A stretch of 64,000 bases of DNA from the human T2T-CHM13v2.0 reference genome, Homo sapiens: NCBI RefSeq assembly GCF_009914755.1, contig NC_060930.1; one strand, 5' to 3'. A program made the position numbers and the translations under genes. Below are positions 31,058 through 45,111 of the stretch, in pieces. The stretch's first letter is position 1. The number at the start of each line of letters is the position of its first letter. The notes below the pieces were generated by a model that was not told where the DNA came from, searched no databases, and was given only the letters and a program-made list of their open reading frames with translations.

Positions 31058-31728
31058 CCTGAAACAAGTCCATGCATCCATGGGCAGGTAAAAATAAAAT
31101 GAAATTAAATTTGCTGGGCAAAAGTTAATTTCACCTGCATTCAAAATACAACCTAATCATCATATTTCTTCCTCTTGCTGTCCTCCTTATTTTTTCCTCT
31201 CTTTTTTCTTTGTTATCCTTATCATCATCATCATTACCATCATTTTCATTATCATATTTATCTGAACAACAAGATTTATTAAGATTCCAAGGTAAAAAGC
31301 CCGTATACTTAAAATTGATGATTTTTTTATTCTCATTGAATCCAATCAAAATTTATTTAATTTAACCCAAAACTAACGTTGAAAGAGGTATATAGCTTGC
31401 CCAACCTCATACATGGTAGCAGTACAAATGATAACATGTACAATTTTCCAAGTAATTTATCTACAAAATAATTCTTCTAATGAATAATAGAGAATATTAA
31501 ATAATGAGAATATTAAATAGAGAATATAAATAATGAATAATAGAGAAGAAAAATAGAATTAAAGTACTTCTATGAATTAATAGTTAAGCATACATCCACT
31601 AAAAGTCGCTTCTTATATTAAGATTCTTTTAACTAGTAAAGTTATAACATGTGTTCAATTGTTCATTATTGTCAACTTTAAAAGCAAAACATTTTAAACG
31701 ATACTATTAATAGTTCTTGATAGATTAT

Positions 31729-32275
31729 TGTATTAGTTTTCTATTTATATAACAACTTTTTATTTAAATAGCAAATTCTTACAAACTTAGTAGCTTGAAG
31801 CAACAACAACAACAAAAAATCATTATCTTAGAGTTCCAGAGGTCATAAGTCTGAAAAGTTTCAGAAGGCTAAAACCAAGATGTCTGCTGTGTCCCTTCTG
31901 TAGGCTCTACAGGAAAATGTTCCCCTGACTTTTCTAGCTTATTCTAGAGGATGCATTCATTTTTTCATTTATGGTCCCTTCCTCCATCTTTAAAACCAGC
32001 CTCATTACATCATCAAATCCCCCTTTGACTCTGATTCTTCCATCTCTCTCTTCCACTTTAAAGGACCCTTGTGATTACACTGGATCCACCCAAATAATCC
32101 AAGATAACATCAGCTGATTAGCAGCCTTTGTTCCATCTGCAATCTTAATTTCCTCTTGCTGGGTAACATAACACATGCACATATTCCCAGGATTAGTGCA
32201 TGGACATTTTTATTTATTTTATTTTTATTTTATTTTTTGGTGGAGGATGAGGGGCATACATAGTCTGCTTACTAC
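31729..32275 (-). mobile_element. MLT1D-like LTR
   Basis: tgtattagttttcta...acaaacttagtagcttga...aggacccttgtgattacactgg...ctgcttactaca. Confidence 0.8.
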
Positions 32276-32988
32276 AATAATAGTTTCCTTGATTTTTAGA
32301 AGAAGCATGTATTATTGCTCTTTGCCCTTGTATCTCCAAATATTTGGGTCTAGTATATGGTACATTGGTAACAAATCTTTGTATATTGTAGAAGAAATAT
32401 CAGGTGGAGTAAAAAATGTTCTTCTATAAACTTTTATCTGTATATTATGTTCTATATAATATAACTAATTCTTCTCAGCAAAAGTTCAGCAATTTTTTTG
32501 ATAAAATGGACAATTCTCCAGGGGAAAAAAAATTCCTTTTCAGAGTGTTAGTAACAAAAAGTTTAGGAGGTTGGAAAAATAATCTCTTAAGGTTCTTTAA
32601 AGAATTAATGACAAATATGAATCTAAAATGAAAAGACAGTAATTTGTGAGAAGAGCTAATGAAATATTTCCTACTCTTATTTATTTAAATGTTAAATTGA
32701 AAAGTTAAAGTAAAACAATATTGAATAACTAAAAGATGAAAAAAAGCAATAAGTAGAAATGAAGAGTGTACAAATTTATATTCTTTTAAAAGGGAAAATA
32801 CTGATGGAAGAGCAAAGTTTTTTCCTATATAAATAGGAAAAATTAAAATAAGTAGACCGTTCTTGTTCGTCTGAGTTTAACAATTAAACTACCTTAATAA
32901 GGATTCTAATTATTTATTCTTTTCAAATTGCTTGGTAATAGTAAAAAAAATTTAAAACCACTCACTTATATGTTAGATTGAGACTTAC

Positions 32989-33182
32989 ATTTGATATTTT
33001 GATGCAGTCAGTACCATTCTGACATGGTACTAATGAAAACTCACTGACATCAGTTTCACCATTTTGGCTGGAAGATCCTTTTGGGCATTCATAAGTATAA
33101 GCAGAACTGCTATTTGGGCAAATTCCTCTTTTCCAAAAAAGCAGAGAAACACAAGGTTTTGCTGACACCTCACAGAATGGAC
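32989..33182 (-). CDS. EYS: EYS coding exon (exon 6 by my recollection, c.863-1056); EGF-like repeats
   Basis: Minus strand tttttttaag|GT CCA TTC TGT GAG ... ATA TCA AAT|gtaagt; 194 nt; translates (G)PFCEVSAKPCVSLLFWKRGICPNSSSAYTYECPKGSSSQNGETDVSEFSLVPCQNGTDCIKISN (overlaps ORF 32962..33168), which matches the human EYS protein as I recall it; phase 1 to phase 0. Confidence 0.97.
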
Positions 33183-35035
33183 CTTAAAAAAATCACACAC
33201 AAGAAAAAAAAAGAAAAGGAAGGAAGGAAAGAAGAAATGAGCATAGATATGTAGCAAAACATTCTAGAAAATTTCTCTAGAGTTTATGAAATATTTTTAT
33301 TTAACAAATGTATTGCAGTGTAAGTTATATATTATAAAATTCATTCATTGCAATTCTACAGTAACTTTTGCAAATGTATAGAGCTACTCAAGCATCATCA
33401 CAATACAGTTTTAGCACAATTCCATTACCCAAAGAAGAGCTCTTTTGTAGTCAATCTTTGTACCCAAGCCCAGTTCCAGGCATTTCATTAGAAAGGTATG
33501 ATGGAGTATTTGGTCTTTTGCGACTGGCTTCTTTTGCATAGCAATTTTTTTTAAAGAATTTTCACGTTGTATCATATATCAGTAGTTGGTACTTTATATT
33601 GCTAAAGAGTAATTCACAATATATACATTTTGTTAATCCATTCATCCTTCAGTGGACATCTGTTTTCAGTTTTTGGTTCTCATGAATCATGAATTCATAT
33701 ACAATTATTCGAAGGAATATGCTTTTTTTATATTTCTTGAAAAGAATCCCAGGAGTGGAATTGCTGGATTTTATGGAAAATTCATGTTTAATATTTTAGG
33801 AAACTGCTAAACTGTTTTTCAAAGTAGCTGTGCCATTTTAACATTCCCACCAGTGATGTGTCAGATTTATGTTTCTCCACATTCTTGCCAACATTTGATA
33901 TTGTCCGTTTTCTTTATTATAGTCATTCTAGTAAATGTACAATGGTATCTCACTGAGGCTTAAATTTTCATTCACTAATGACTAATTATTTTTAGCATCT
34001 TCTGGTATGTGTATTAATCATTTGTATATCTTCAAAAATGAAATGTCTTTTTAAATCTATTAACTATTTTTAAATTGTGTTATCAGCTTTCTTATGATTG
34101 AGAGCATTTTTTGAGTGAGTTCTTTGTATATATTGAATAAAAGTCCTTTATGATATACGTGATTTGGCTTTCCATTTTCTCACTTGTTGACATTTGGATA
34201 GCAAAAGTTTTTATTTCATGAAATCCAATTTTTCTACTTTTCCTTTAATTAAGTCCATTTTGTCATTTTTATGTCATATATTTTGGTATCATATAATTGG
34301 TGTCTAATAATATTTTGCCTAACCCAAGGTCATGAAGACATTTTAATATATTTTATAATTTTAGCTCCTATGTTTAGATTCCTAATCCATTTGAGTTTAT
34401 TTTTTATATGGTGTGGGATAACGACTTAGCTTATATGTTTCACATATACACATACAATTGTTATGACACTTTTTTCTTTTAAGACTGTCCTTCCCTCATT
34501 TCTTTGTTTGTTTGTTTAAAAACTGTTAAAACTGACCTATTATATGCCTTTTTATGTGCAATAAAGTTGCACATAGATATGCAAGAAAGTTGATTTCTGG
34601 CATATCTATTTTTTTCCTGATTTATATGCCTTTTTATGTGCAATAACCCATTGACCAGATAAATACATAATGCATATAGCTATATAGTAGGTTTTGAAAT
34701 TGGGTAGTCATTCAACCTTTCCATCTTTTTTTCCAAAAATATTTTTGGCTATGCTATGGATTCTTTTTATAGTTTCCTATAAATTTTTCTATGAGCTTGT
34801 CAATTTCTACACAGAAGCCTGCTGGAATATTATAGGAATTTTATTAAATCAATAGATAAAATTGGGAAAAATTTCCATCCCAACAAGATTGAATTCCAAT
34901 CGATGAATATGCAATGTATCTCCATTTCTTTGGCTATTCTTGCATTTCTCTCAGCATTGTTGCATAGCTTTATGTTAAAGTCTTGCATTTATTTGTTAAA
35001 TTCATATCTAAGCATTTTGAAGGTCATGTAACTAG

Positions 35036-35368
<333 letters not shown>

Positions 35369-35556
35369 TTGAAGTATTGTTTTTAATATACAGAAAGGCA
35401 AATTACTTGTATATGTTAGCTTGTAGTCTGAAAACGGTATAAACCCATTTACTAGTGCTAGTAGTTCTTTGGGGGGATTCCTTAGGATTTTCTACATATT
35501 AGATCATGTCATTTGTGAATAAAGACAGTTTTACTGCTTTCCTTTCAACTAATAAG

Positions 35557-35559
<3 letters not shown>

Positions 35560-35595
<36 letters not shown>
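35560..35595. repeat. (GT)18 microsatellite
   Basis: Perfect run. Confidence 0.97.
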
Positions 35596-35599
<4 letters not shown>

Positions 35600-36954
35600 C
35601 TAACAAATAGCCTGGAACTTCCTATGTTCCAGTGTTAAATAGAAATGGTGAAAGTAGATATCATAGTCTTGTTCCCAATTCTTCCAAGAAAAGCTGTCAG
35701 CCTGACACCTTTAATGTGGTGTTCCCTGGACATTTGTCATAGATGCTTTTTATCAGGCTGAGGGATTGTGTTTCTATTTCTAATTTGTTGAGAGTTTTTA
35801 TAATGAATAGGTGTTAGATTTTGTGATATGTTTTTCCTGCAACTATTGAGATGATTATGTAGGCTTTGTCCTTTATTATATTAATATGGTATATTACATT
35901 AATTGACTTTCAGATATCAAACTTATCTTGAATCCTGGGGAAAAAATCGTACTTTATCAGGATAGAAAAAAATATGTTTATATGTGATTGGATTCAATTT
36001 GCTTATATTTTGGTGGAGATTTTCTATCTTTATTCATAAGTGATATTGGTCTTTAGTTTTCTTGTGGCAGCTTTGTCTTTGGTTTTGGTATGAGGGTAAT
36101 ACTGGCCTGATAGCATGACTTCAAAAGTGTTCCTTTCTCTTCTCTTTTTTCCTTTTCTCTTCTTTTAAGAGATTAGTGCCAGTTATCGAGGATTGGTACT
36201 AATCTCTTAAATATCTGGCAGGTCTATATGAATTTTCCATTTCTTCTTGAGTCACTGTTAGTAATTTACATATATTTAAGAATTTATTCATTTCCTCTAA
36301 GTCGTCACATTTGTTGGCCTAATGTTGTTCATAATATCTCCTTATAATCTTTTAAAGTTTGAGCGGTCATTAATGAGTCCTCACTTCCAATGCTTATTTT
36401 ATTTACTTGTGTCTTTCCTTGTATTTTTTCCTTGTTCATTCCGACTAAAGATTTGTCCATTTCGTTTTCCTCAAAAATCAATTTTTTTGTTTCATTGATT
36501 TTCTCTAAGAAGTTTTAATGATTTCTGTGCAAATCTTACTGTCCTCTTTTGTTTGTATGCTTTGCATTTAATGTGGTTTTTTTCCATTTATTTAAGGCTG
36601 AAGCTTAAAATATTGATTTGAGAGTTCTTTTTCTGGTGTAGAAACTTGGAACTATAAGCACTGTTATAAGTACTTAAGCACAGTATAAGCACTGTTTTAG
36701 CTAAGCACTGTCTTAGCTACATTTCATAATTTTTCATATGGTTCCATGTTATTTTTTTCTTCTTTACTCTCAGGTTATTTCAGAAATATGTTGTTTATAA
36801 TAATTTCCAGATATGTGAAGATTTCTAGAAACAATTCTGTTGTTAATTTCTAATTAGTTTTGTGAGGGTTGAGGAACATATATGATATGATTTGTATTCC
36901 TTTAGATTTATTAAGACTAATTTTCTTGCCATGCCTATTTGTCAATACACTATC

Positions 36955-37065
36955 AACAGCAGAGTTGTACAGTGAGGTTTGGCACTTGAAGGGATGTGAA
37001 AGCAAGTGCCTCTTTAAACTTGATTTCCTAGGCAAGTCACTTGCCTCCCCTTAGTCCCCACCCTA
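36955..37065. mobile_element. MER96-like hAT fragment
   Basis: aagtgcctctttaaacttg...ctaggcaagtcacttgcctccccttagtccc. Confidence 0.55.
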
Positions 37066-38061
37066 CTAAGATTATGCAAATAGAGTTAACAAACTAGTAT
37101 TATTAAGGCCCAAGCCTGGGGTACCCACTGCAGCTTGTATAGAACTTGGATCAGCAGGTGTTTCACTTCACAGTTAACAAATACTTGTCAATCTGTTCAA
37201 TGTGCTGTCATTAGGCACACCATAGTGACATTAAAACGTAACTGCAGTAGTAGGCTGACAGGCCTTGCCATCTCTGTGAACTTCTAGATTTTGAAAACAA
37301 ATTTTACTCTTTTACTCCTCTTACCTTGAGTAAGGCTTTGGACAATTGATACATGTTAGAAAAAACTGAAAAGGGAGATATCTGACTCCTAGCTAAAAAT
37401 GATATACGTGGACTTTGAAAATTAAGGTATTCGTACTTCAAGTTTATAACCATTTTCATCCAAATCACTATATAGTGCAAGAGTTTTTAGTAAACAACAT
37501 ATTTATTGAAAAATTTCTTATATCCAACTCATTTATTACTATGTGAAGAGGAGCATCAAGAAATACTTATCTACAAAATATTAAGTTACTTAGTGACAAC
37601 TTACTAGCCAGAAAACACTGCTTAGATTATATAATATTAACTCATTTGGATTTTGGATTGTGTCAGTTTGTAAAACAGACAGTCATAAAGGCAGTATAAA
37701 ATGTTCAGTGACCACACCATTGACATTATTATTTGAAAACAACTCAACCTTTAATTTGTGGATATTTATTAATATATAAGCATTTATTTTGATCATACAA
37801 AGAGTAAATATGTATTTCTCCATGTTATGATACATTAACATAATGTTTTCCTTTTAAATAATCAAATATTGATATTTGATTAGATGTTTAGTGGTACTTA
37901 ATTAGACATAAATATTATTTGAAATTATAGTAAAACATTGTTTGAATGATACTACCTTATAAGTATGTAATTCTTGGCATTTCCATAGTGCTTACATCCA
38001 TAAAGATTTGATAAAATTCTTAAAACAAAACCTGAAATTTATAGAGGTCTATTCTTACCCA

Positions 38062-38745
38062 GTTTTATTTTAGTTGACACATTGTAATGGTACATATTTA
38101 TTGAGTATAATTTGACATTTTGAAACATACCCATGTGGTATAATGATCCAATCGGGATAGTTAGTATATCTATCACCTCATGCCTTTATCATTTATTCGT
38201 GGCAAGAACATTCAAAACCATCTCTTCTAGCCGTTTTGTAATATATAGCACCTTACTTAAGCATAGTCACTCTGTGCAATCAAACAGCAATACTTCTTCT
38301 TCTTATCTCATTGTACTTTGTACCTGTTGACAAACCTCTACCCATTTTCCCTCTTCCTTCCCCTCCCCAGTCTCTAGTAACCACTGTCCTACTTCTATGA
38401 TACTAGCTTTTTTTTTTTTTTTTTAGATTTCACTTATGAGTGAGATCATGAAGTTTTTGCAGTTTTTGTGTTTCTGTGTCTGGCCTATTTCAATTAACAT
38501 GATGTATATCTCCAAAAGGAATTGAAGTCAGTATACCAAAGAGATATTTTTACCCCCTGTTTATTGCAGCATGATTTATAATAGCCAAAAAATGGAATCA
38601 ACCTAAGTGTTCAACAATGGAAGAATGGATAAAGAAAATGTTAACTATATACAAAATAGTATACTATTCAGCCATATAAAATAATTAAATTCTGCTATTT
38701 GTGAGAAGGATGGAAATGGTGGATATTATGTTAAGTAAAATAAAT
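38062..38745 (-). mobile_element. L1MA-type 3' element with inversion (minus to ~38505, plus thereafter)
   Basis: ttagtatatctatcacctca...atgagtgagatcatg, then plus-strand ccaaaaggaattgaagtcagt...ggaatcaacctaagtgttcaac. Confidence 0.75.
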
Positions 38746-39182
38746 GAGTTTTATATTTTCATTTTATTTTATTTAAAAGAAACTAATTTTTCTAGATGTT
38801 AAGCAATTTGCCACATGTCACACATCTGGTTAATTAATGGAAGATTGATAATTTTAAAAACTGCATACCACCTAATCCCATAATAATTCCATGCTCTTTT
38901 CACAGCAATACTTGCCCAGATTAATTCTGTACAAAAAATAGAAGACTCAAATACCATTTGATTGTTAGTACTAGACCAATATTTCTACTCTCAGATAAAA
39001 TGTTGTTCAACATCACATGTTGAATATAAAAATATACAAAAACAAATGCATTTTATTTGGCTTCTTCCAGAAACAAACAAAATTCTCCCAATGTATAAAT
39101 ATATCCTGTGTGTATATTTGTCATGGCAGTTTCCAAAGTAATCCATTGGGTAACATAGTAAACAGTGAAATGTGTGATTTTT

Positions 39183-40705
39183 CACATTTCATTTTGAAAT
39201 AGTAATAGATTCATAGAAAATTACAAAGTTAATACCAGGAAATCCTGAGTATGTTTACATCTTATGTAACTATAACACTATATCAAACTAGAAAATTGGC
39301 ATTAGCATAATATTTGGGTATAGTTCTATGTCATTTCATCACATGTGTAGATTGAGGTAATCACCACTATAAAAATGTGAACCATTCCATGATTACAAAG
39401 ATCTCTCTCATGCTACCCCGTTATAATCTTACCCACTTCTCTGCCCTCTACCATTTCCTGATCACTGACAACCATCGATTTTCTCCATCTCTATAGTTGA
39501 ACTATTTTGATAATGTTCTTTAAATGAAACCATACAATATGTAACTTTTTGGAATTGTCTTTTTTGTCCCTCTTGTTATAATGCCCTTGAGATACATTAA
39601 AGCTCTTATGTGCACCAATACGTCTTTTTTTTTTTTTCGGTTAATTGGTAAATAGTAGTATCTGGTATGAATGTACCACAGTTTGTTTAACCATTCACTT
39701 ATTGAAGGACACTTTTATTGTTTCCAGTTTTTCACTATTACAAATTGCTAGGGACTGAAAATTTGTGTCCCCCACATATTATGTTGAAACCTAATCCTCA
39801 ATACAATAGATTTGGGGTGGGAATTTTGGGATGTAATTAGATTATGACAGTGGAGCTCTCATGTATAAGATTAGTACCCTTATAATAATCAGATAGCTTG
39901 CTATCCCTCTCTCAGCTCTTTACCATGTGAGGATACAACAAAAAGACAGCCATTGACAAACCATGAAGTGTGCCTTACCAGGCAACAGATCTTCTGAGAC
40001 CTTGATCTCTATTGCCCAGCCTTCAGGACTGTGATAAATAAATGTTTAAGCCACTTAATCTGTGTTAATTTGTTATAGTAGCCTAAACTGACTAAGACAC
40101 AAATAAAGCTACCACGAATATTAATATATAGGCTTCAGTGTGAAAGTAAATTTTTATCCTACTAGGATTTGCTGGGTCATATGGTTAAGGCATGTATAGT
40201 TTTTAAAGAAACTGTCAAATTGTTTTCCAAAGTGGCTGTACTAGTTTACATTTTCCACAGCAATGTATAAGAGATTTAGTTACTCCTCATATGCACCAGC
40301 ATTTCGTGTTATCATTTTTTTATTTTAGCTATTTTAATAGGTATGTAGCAACATATTATTGTGGCCTTAATTTGCATTTATCTCATGGTCAGTGACATTG
40401 AACATCTTTTCATGTACTTATTTGCTATCCTTATAGCTTCTTCAGTGAATTTTCTCCTTGTATTTTTTGTCTATTATTTATTGAGATTTTTGGATTTTCA
40501 TGGTATTGAGTTTTGAGATGACTTTCTGTTATCTATATATGAGTCCTTTGTCATATATGTGGTTTGCAAGCCTATCACTTGTCTTTTAATCTTCTTAACA
40601 TGGTATTTCTAGAAAAAAATAGTTTATTTTTATGAACACTGATTTATCTATTTAGTTTTTCTTTTATGAGTTGTGCTTTTAGTGCCATATCTAAGAGCTC
40701 TTGCA
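39183..40705 (-). mobile_element. L1MC-type 3' fragment interrupted by an MLT1A/MST LTR
   Basis: ttttgaaatagtaatagattcatagaaaatt...aaactgtcaaattgttttccaaagtggctgtac. Confidence 0.8.
39746..40099 (+). mobile_element. MLT1A/MST-type solo LTR
   Basis: tgctagggactgaa...actgactaagaca; 5-bp TSD caaat at 39741-39745 and 40100-40104. Confidence 0.85.
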
Positions 40706-41386
40706 GTGATCCATCCTCATAAGCTTGACCCCAAGATTTCAAAATGGGGAGAACTGCTTTTTCTGAGGTGAAAGCATTTTGTTGTGCACATTTTAAGATG
40801 TGATTTTCTGTGCCTTGGATTTTTAATTTACCTGATCCCATCACTTCTCAATTTCCCCAGAATCCCTGAATAAAAAGTCTGATAATGGTCTCCATGTTAT
40901 GCTTCAGAAACACCATATTTGTTTATTTTAATGGAATGTTTGATGAAAAGAAAATGATCATATATGCCTAGACCCCCAAATTAAGATATCAGACTTTTTC
41001 TTATGTAAAATATTCTTCATCACAGCTATGAAGCAATTAAAATAATACTTTAATTAATTTAGAATAATGTGTCTATTGACACTGATTATATGTCAAGAAA
41101 TATTCTATATACTTGGATTATAGCAATGTACAAAATAGATTTTGACCTCATGAAGTCATGAATTTACAAGGAAATAGAACACATTTAAAATACATATAAT
41201 CAATTAATTATATAGTACATTTACTAGTAATAAATGATGTTAAGAAAAATAAATCAGTAAAAGGATTTCTAAGAAGAGTACTTAAGAGAGGGGGCACATT
41301 GTGCAGCCTCAAAGATGCAAGGAATATCTAAGATTTATAGAAATAATGGAATGAGTCCTGTGGATAGGTTGTTTAAGAGCAAAGTG

Positions 41387-41786
<400 letters not shown>

Positions 41787-43039
41787 TCATTTAAATATAA
41801 GCTCTACTTGGGCAGGTAATTCTGTTTGTTTTGTTGGCTGATTTATTACAAGCAAATAGAATGCTGCTACCCCACAATAGATTCTCAATAAATATTTGGT
41901 GAAAAAACAAGTAAATGAATAAATAAAGAGCATATCAACAGAGAAAACAGCAAATGCAAAGACTTTGAGTTGAGAGCATGCTTAGGTATTCAAGAAACAG
42001 AACGAAAGCTAAGAGACTGAGTCAACAATTGTATGGGTATGGAGATGAGCTCAGACGAGGATGTAATAAACTATTTCAGGAATTCTGGCATTTACTGCTT
42101 TTAGATTCTATGGAAAGATTATGGAGCATTTTGTTCTAAATAGTGGCATGATTTCACATTTTCAAAATATTTCTTCACAAGTAGCCTGTAGATGTCCAAG
42201 AAGGAAAGCAGAGAGACAAGATTTTAGACTACTGCAGTATTGCAGTAATGGAATTATAGAGACTGGATTAGGATGCTAGTGAAGAAGACAGTGAGAAAAA
42301 AATCATGCTCTAAATATATTTTGAAAGTACAGTCATCTACATTTGTTGATGGATTTAAAGTGAAGGAAAAGGAAAAGGAAGATTTAATCTTTTTTTTTTA
42401 TGTAAGTAACCAGAAAGAAAGGATTAATCTTTTCTAAGATAAGGAAAAAGAATTTAAGGGAAGAAATCAGAATCACTTTTAGATATGTTAATTTCAAGAT
42501 ATTTATTACACATCCAAGTGAGGTTGGTTTATAGGCAGTTAATTAGAGTGATCTGCAGTTTCCGGGGTGAGGTCATAAGTGAAGATAAATATTTGAGATT
42601 TGCCTGTATGAGGATAGTATTTAAAGCCAAGAGAACAGGTATGATCCTTTAGGGAAAAAATGGAGAGAGAGATGACAACACTGATATTTAATGTTACTAT
42701 AGCAGAGTTGTGCTATCAATGTATAGAATGTGCACTTCAGTGTATAGAAAATATAAAGATGGGAAGGTACCTGAAAAGTTATTAAGAAAGAACAACCAAG
42801 GAAGGGGGAATGTAGGAGAAACAAGAGTGTGATGTTTTAAAAATACAAAATTTGTCAAATACTGCAAATGGTTTATAAAAGATGAAGAATTAGACTGAAT
42901 TAATTAAAGATTAAATTTAGCAATGGCGATTTAATAAACATTAGTAGAACTGTTTCTATGGTATAGTGGGGATAAACATTAGTTGCATAGGTTCAAGAGG
43001 AAATGAGAAGAATAAAAATGGAAAGAGGTAGTATATAAT

Positions 43040-43193
43040 TCCTGGCAATTCAAAGGATGGTCCCTTAACCAGTAGAATCAAGATTTCACCTGGTATCTCA
43101 TTAGAAATGCACTCCAGACCAACTGAAGGCAAATCCAATTTAACCAAGAGTCCCACATGATTCATATGTAAATAAAAATTTGTGAAGCATTGA
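43040..43193. mobile_element. MER5A/B-like MITE
   Basis: cacctggtatctcattagaaatgca...tttaaccaagagtccc...tttgtgaagcattg. Confidence 0.65.
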
Positions 43194-44979
43194 TCCAAAT
43201 ATCTCTTCTGAGTTGTATGAAGTACAGTGGTATGAAGTAGCAACTAGGGAGGTCTTAGAGGTTGTCAGGTCATATTTGTGAACAGATGGGATGCTTAACT
43301 AGAGAAAGAAAATTGATAATGAATGCAATAAAGGGGACAGATTCTAGATTAATGTCTATAGGTAAGGTAGAGTGACACATGGAATCCCGCCCACCGGTAA
43401 AGGGATTATCAGGTAAGAGACATCAATATAACAGGAGAAAAGACAAAAATAGATGGGCAAAGAATCAAGTTAACTGGTGGCATCCAGGCAGAGCCTGGAG
43501 ATCTCTTTTTCTGATTGTTTCTGCTGTTTACTAAAATATGAAGCAAAGACAAAAATGAAGTCTAATGAAAGGGGTGGAAGTTTGAGCAAGGAAGAGACGT
43601 AATAAATGGTTGCTTAGCATATTGAGAGAAAAAAATGCACACATTAGAAAAACCTATCAAAATTTATGGGCAGTGTCTACGAACTCCTTGCAATTAGTGA
43701 ATATATGAGACCAGGTAGCATGGTTCCATGTATATTTTACTGCAAACAAATTAATAAGTAGAGATAAATTTAACAGGTTTGTAATTTTGCAGGGGGTTAC
43801 AACGCGAGGAGAGAGGAACAAGAAATTGAGAATGTGAAAAAGTGGTAGTAATGACACACCATATAATTTAATTGCACAAGAAGAGAAAGGCATCACAAGG
43901 AGGAAATAATGAAAGTATGGTAAAGGCTCAATAGTCTTTGTTGTTTGAGGGAATGAAAAACCAACAGAATTTGGAATCCTAGAAGGAACAAATTTGAAAA
44001 ATGAGACAGGGTTATATTCTTGGAGTAGAATGCTTAAAAGTTTATCTAAATACAAAAAATACATAGTGTGGGTTTGCTATAAGAGTACAGTACATTTTTC
44101 ATAGTAATAGTAAGTGTGGCATAAATAAGGAGCCATTTATTAAAAGATGTTCATGATAAAGAAACAATTCTCCAAGTGTAAGTTATTATCATTTTTATCT
44201 CAAAAAAGTCTCTATCTCTCTCTCATACACACACATGTACAAACATACAGACATAACCCAAATAATTTGAAGTAAAATATTTAAGCAGCAACGCTATTAA
44301 AATTATCTAAGTAATTTTTATTTTAGTAGAAATCATAATGGGGCTTCTATAAAACAAACTAGCTCTGCTATCCTAACAATGTGCATATATCCATAAAAAA
44401 ATCACAATGAATAAAAGATTATTTTAGACCATTATGTTTTATTACAATTTCAGTAAATTCTTTTGGTCAGTCCTCTGATGAAGTGTCAAAAATTTCCGAA
44501 GCAATTCTGTGTAAAATAACGCACTGCAGTTAGTTGAGTATTTTATTCACTCAAGTTCGTTTTAGTCTACTTTCCTGTAAGAATGAAGCTATTATACTCT
44601 TAGGATAGGCAACACAAAGACATCACCAAGTAGGATGATAATTTGCCTTTCATTTCTATGGGGAGAGAAAGAAATGGTTGCTAGGAGCTCTGTTCAAGAA
44701 CTTGAAAAGTGACAGAAGAAATAAATACAAGAAAATTGAAGAAAGACAGCTAACTTGTTTACCTATGTTTGATTACATTTTTAAGAGTTTGCCAAGACAA
44801 AGAATTGCTCCAAAATAAGAAAGAACATTTAATGAAAATACTCAGTTATTCATCCATGGTAAAAGTAATTATGTAAAAAGTTGCTAGTTTGGCATTTCAG
44901 ATAAACAAAATAATTATTTTAAGTTATTCATTGTAAAGCTGTAGTAGTATTCATTGTAGTAGTATTCATTGTAAAGTTG

Positions 44980-45111
44980 TAGTAAAATTGCAATCTAAAC
45001 ATGTACAAAAATTCACACAAATAAATTTATAGTGGTCAAAAATACCAATAACAAAATATAATTTATCAAAAAAAATCAGAGAATTAACCTCCAAAAACAC
45101 ATTGAGCCTAA
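44980..45111 (+). repeat. Dispersed 132-bp direct repeat, copy 1
   Basis: Near-identical to 47171-47303 (about 5 differences by eye). Confidence 0.95.

Noticed and set aside
32962-32988. C-terminal extension VSLNLTYK of the exon 6 ORF
   Set aside because: Read-through into the intron past the GTAAGT donor
33030-33257. 75-aa overlapping minus-strand ORF
   Set aside because: Alternative frame over exon 6 and its pyrimidine tract; the EGF frame is the one that splices continuously
38991-39185. Cys-containing minus ORF as an extra EYS exon
   Set aside because: No EGF cysteine spacing and no convincing splice boundaries
40832-40865. 34-nt possible pseudoexon (ttattcag|GGATTCTGG...GATCAG|gtaaat)
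   Set aside because: Weaker donor, very short, stop codon in the only EGF-like frame; expected by chance
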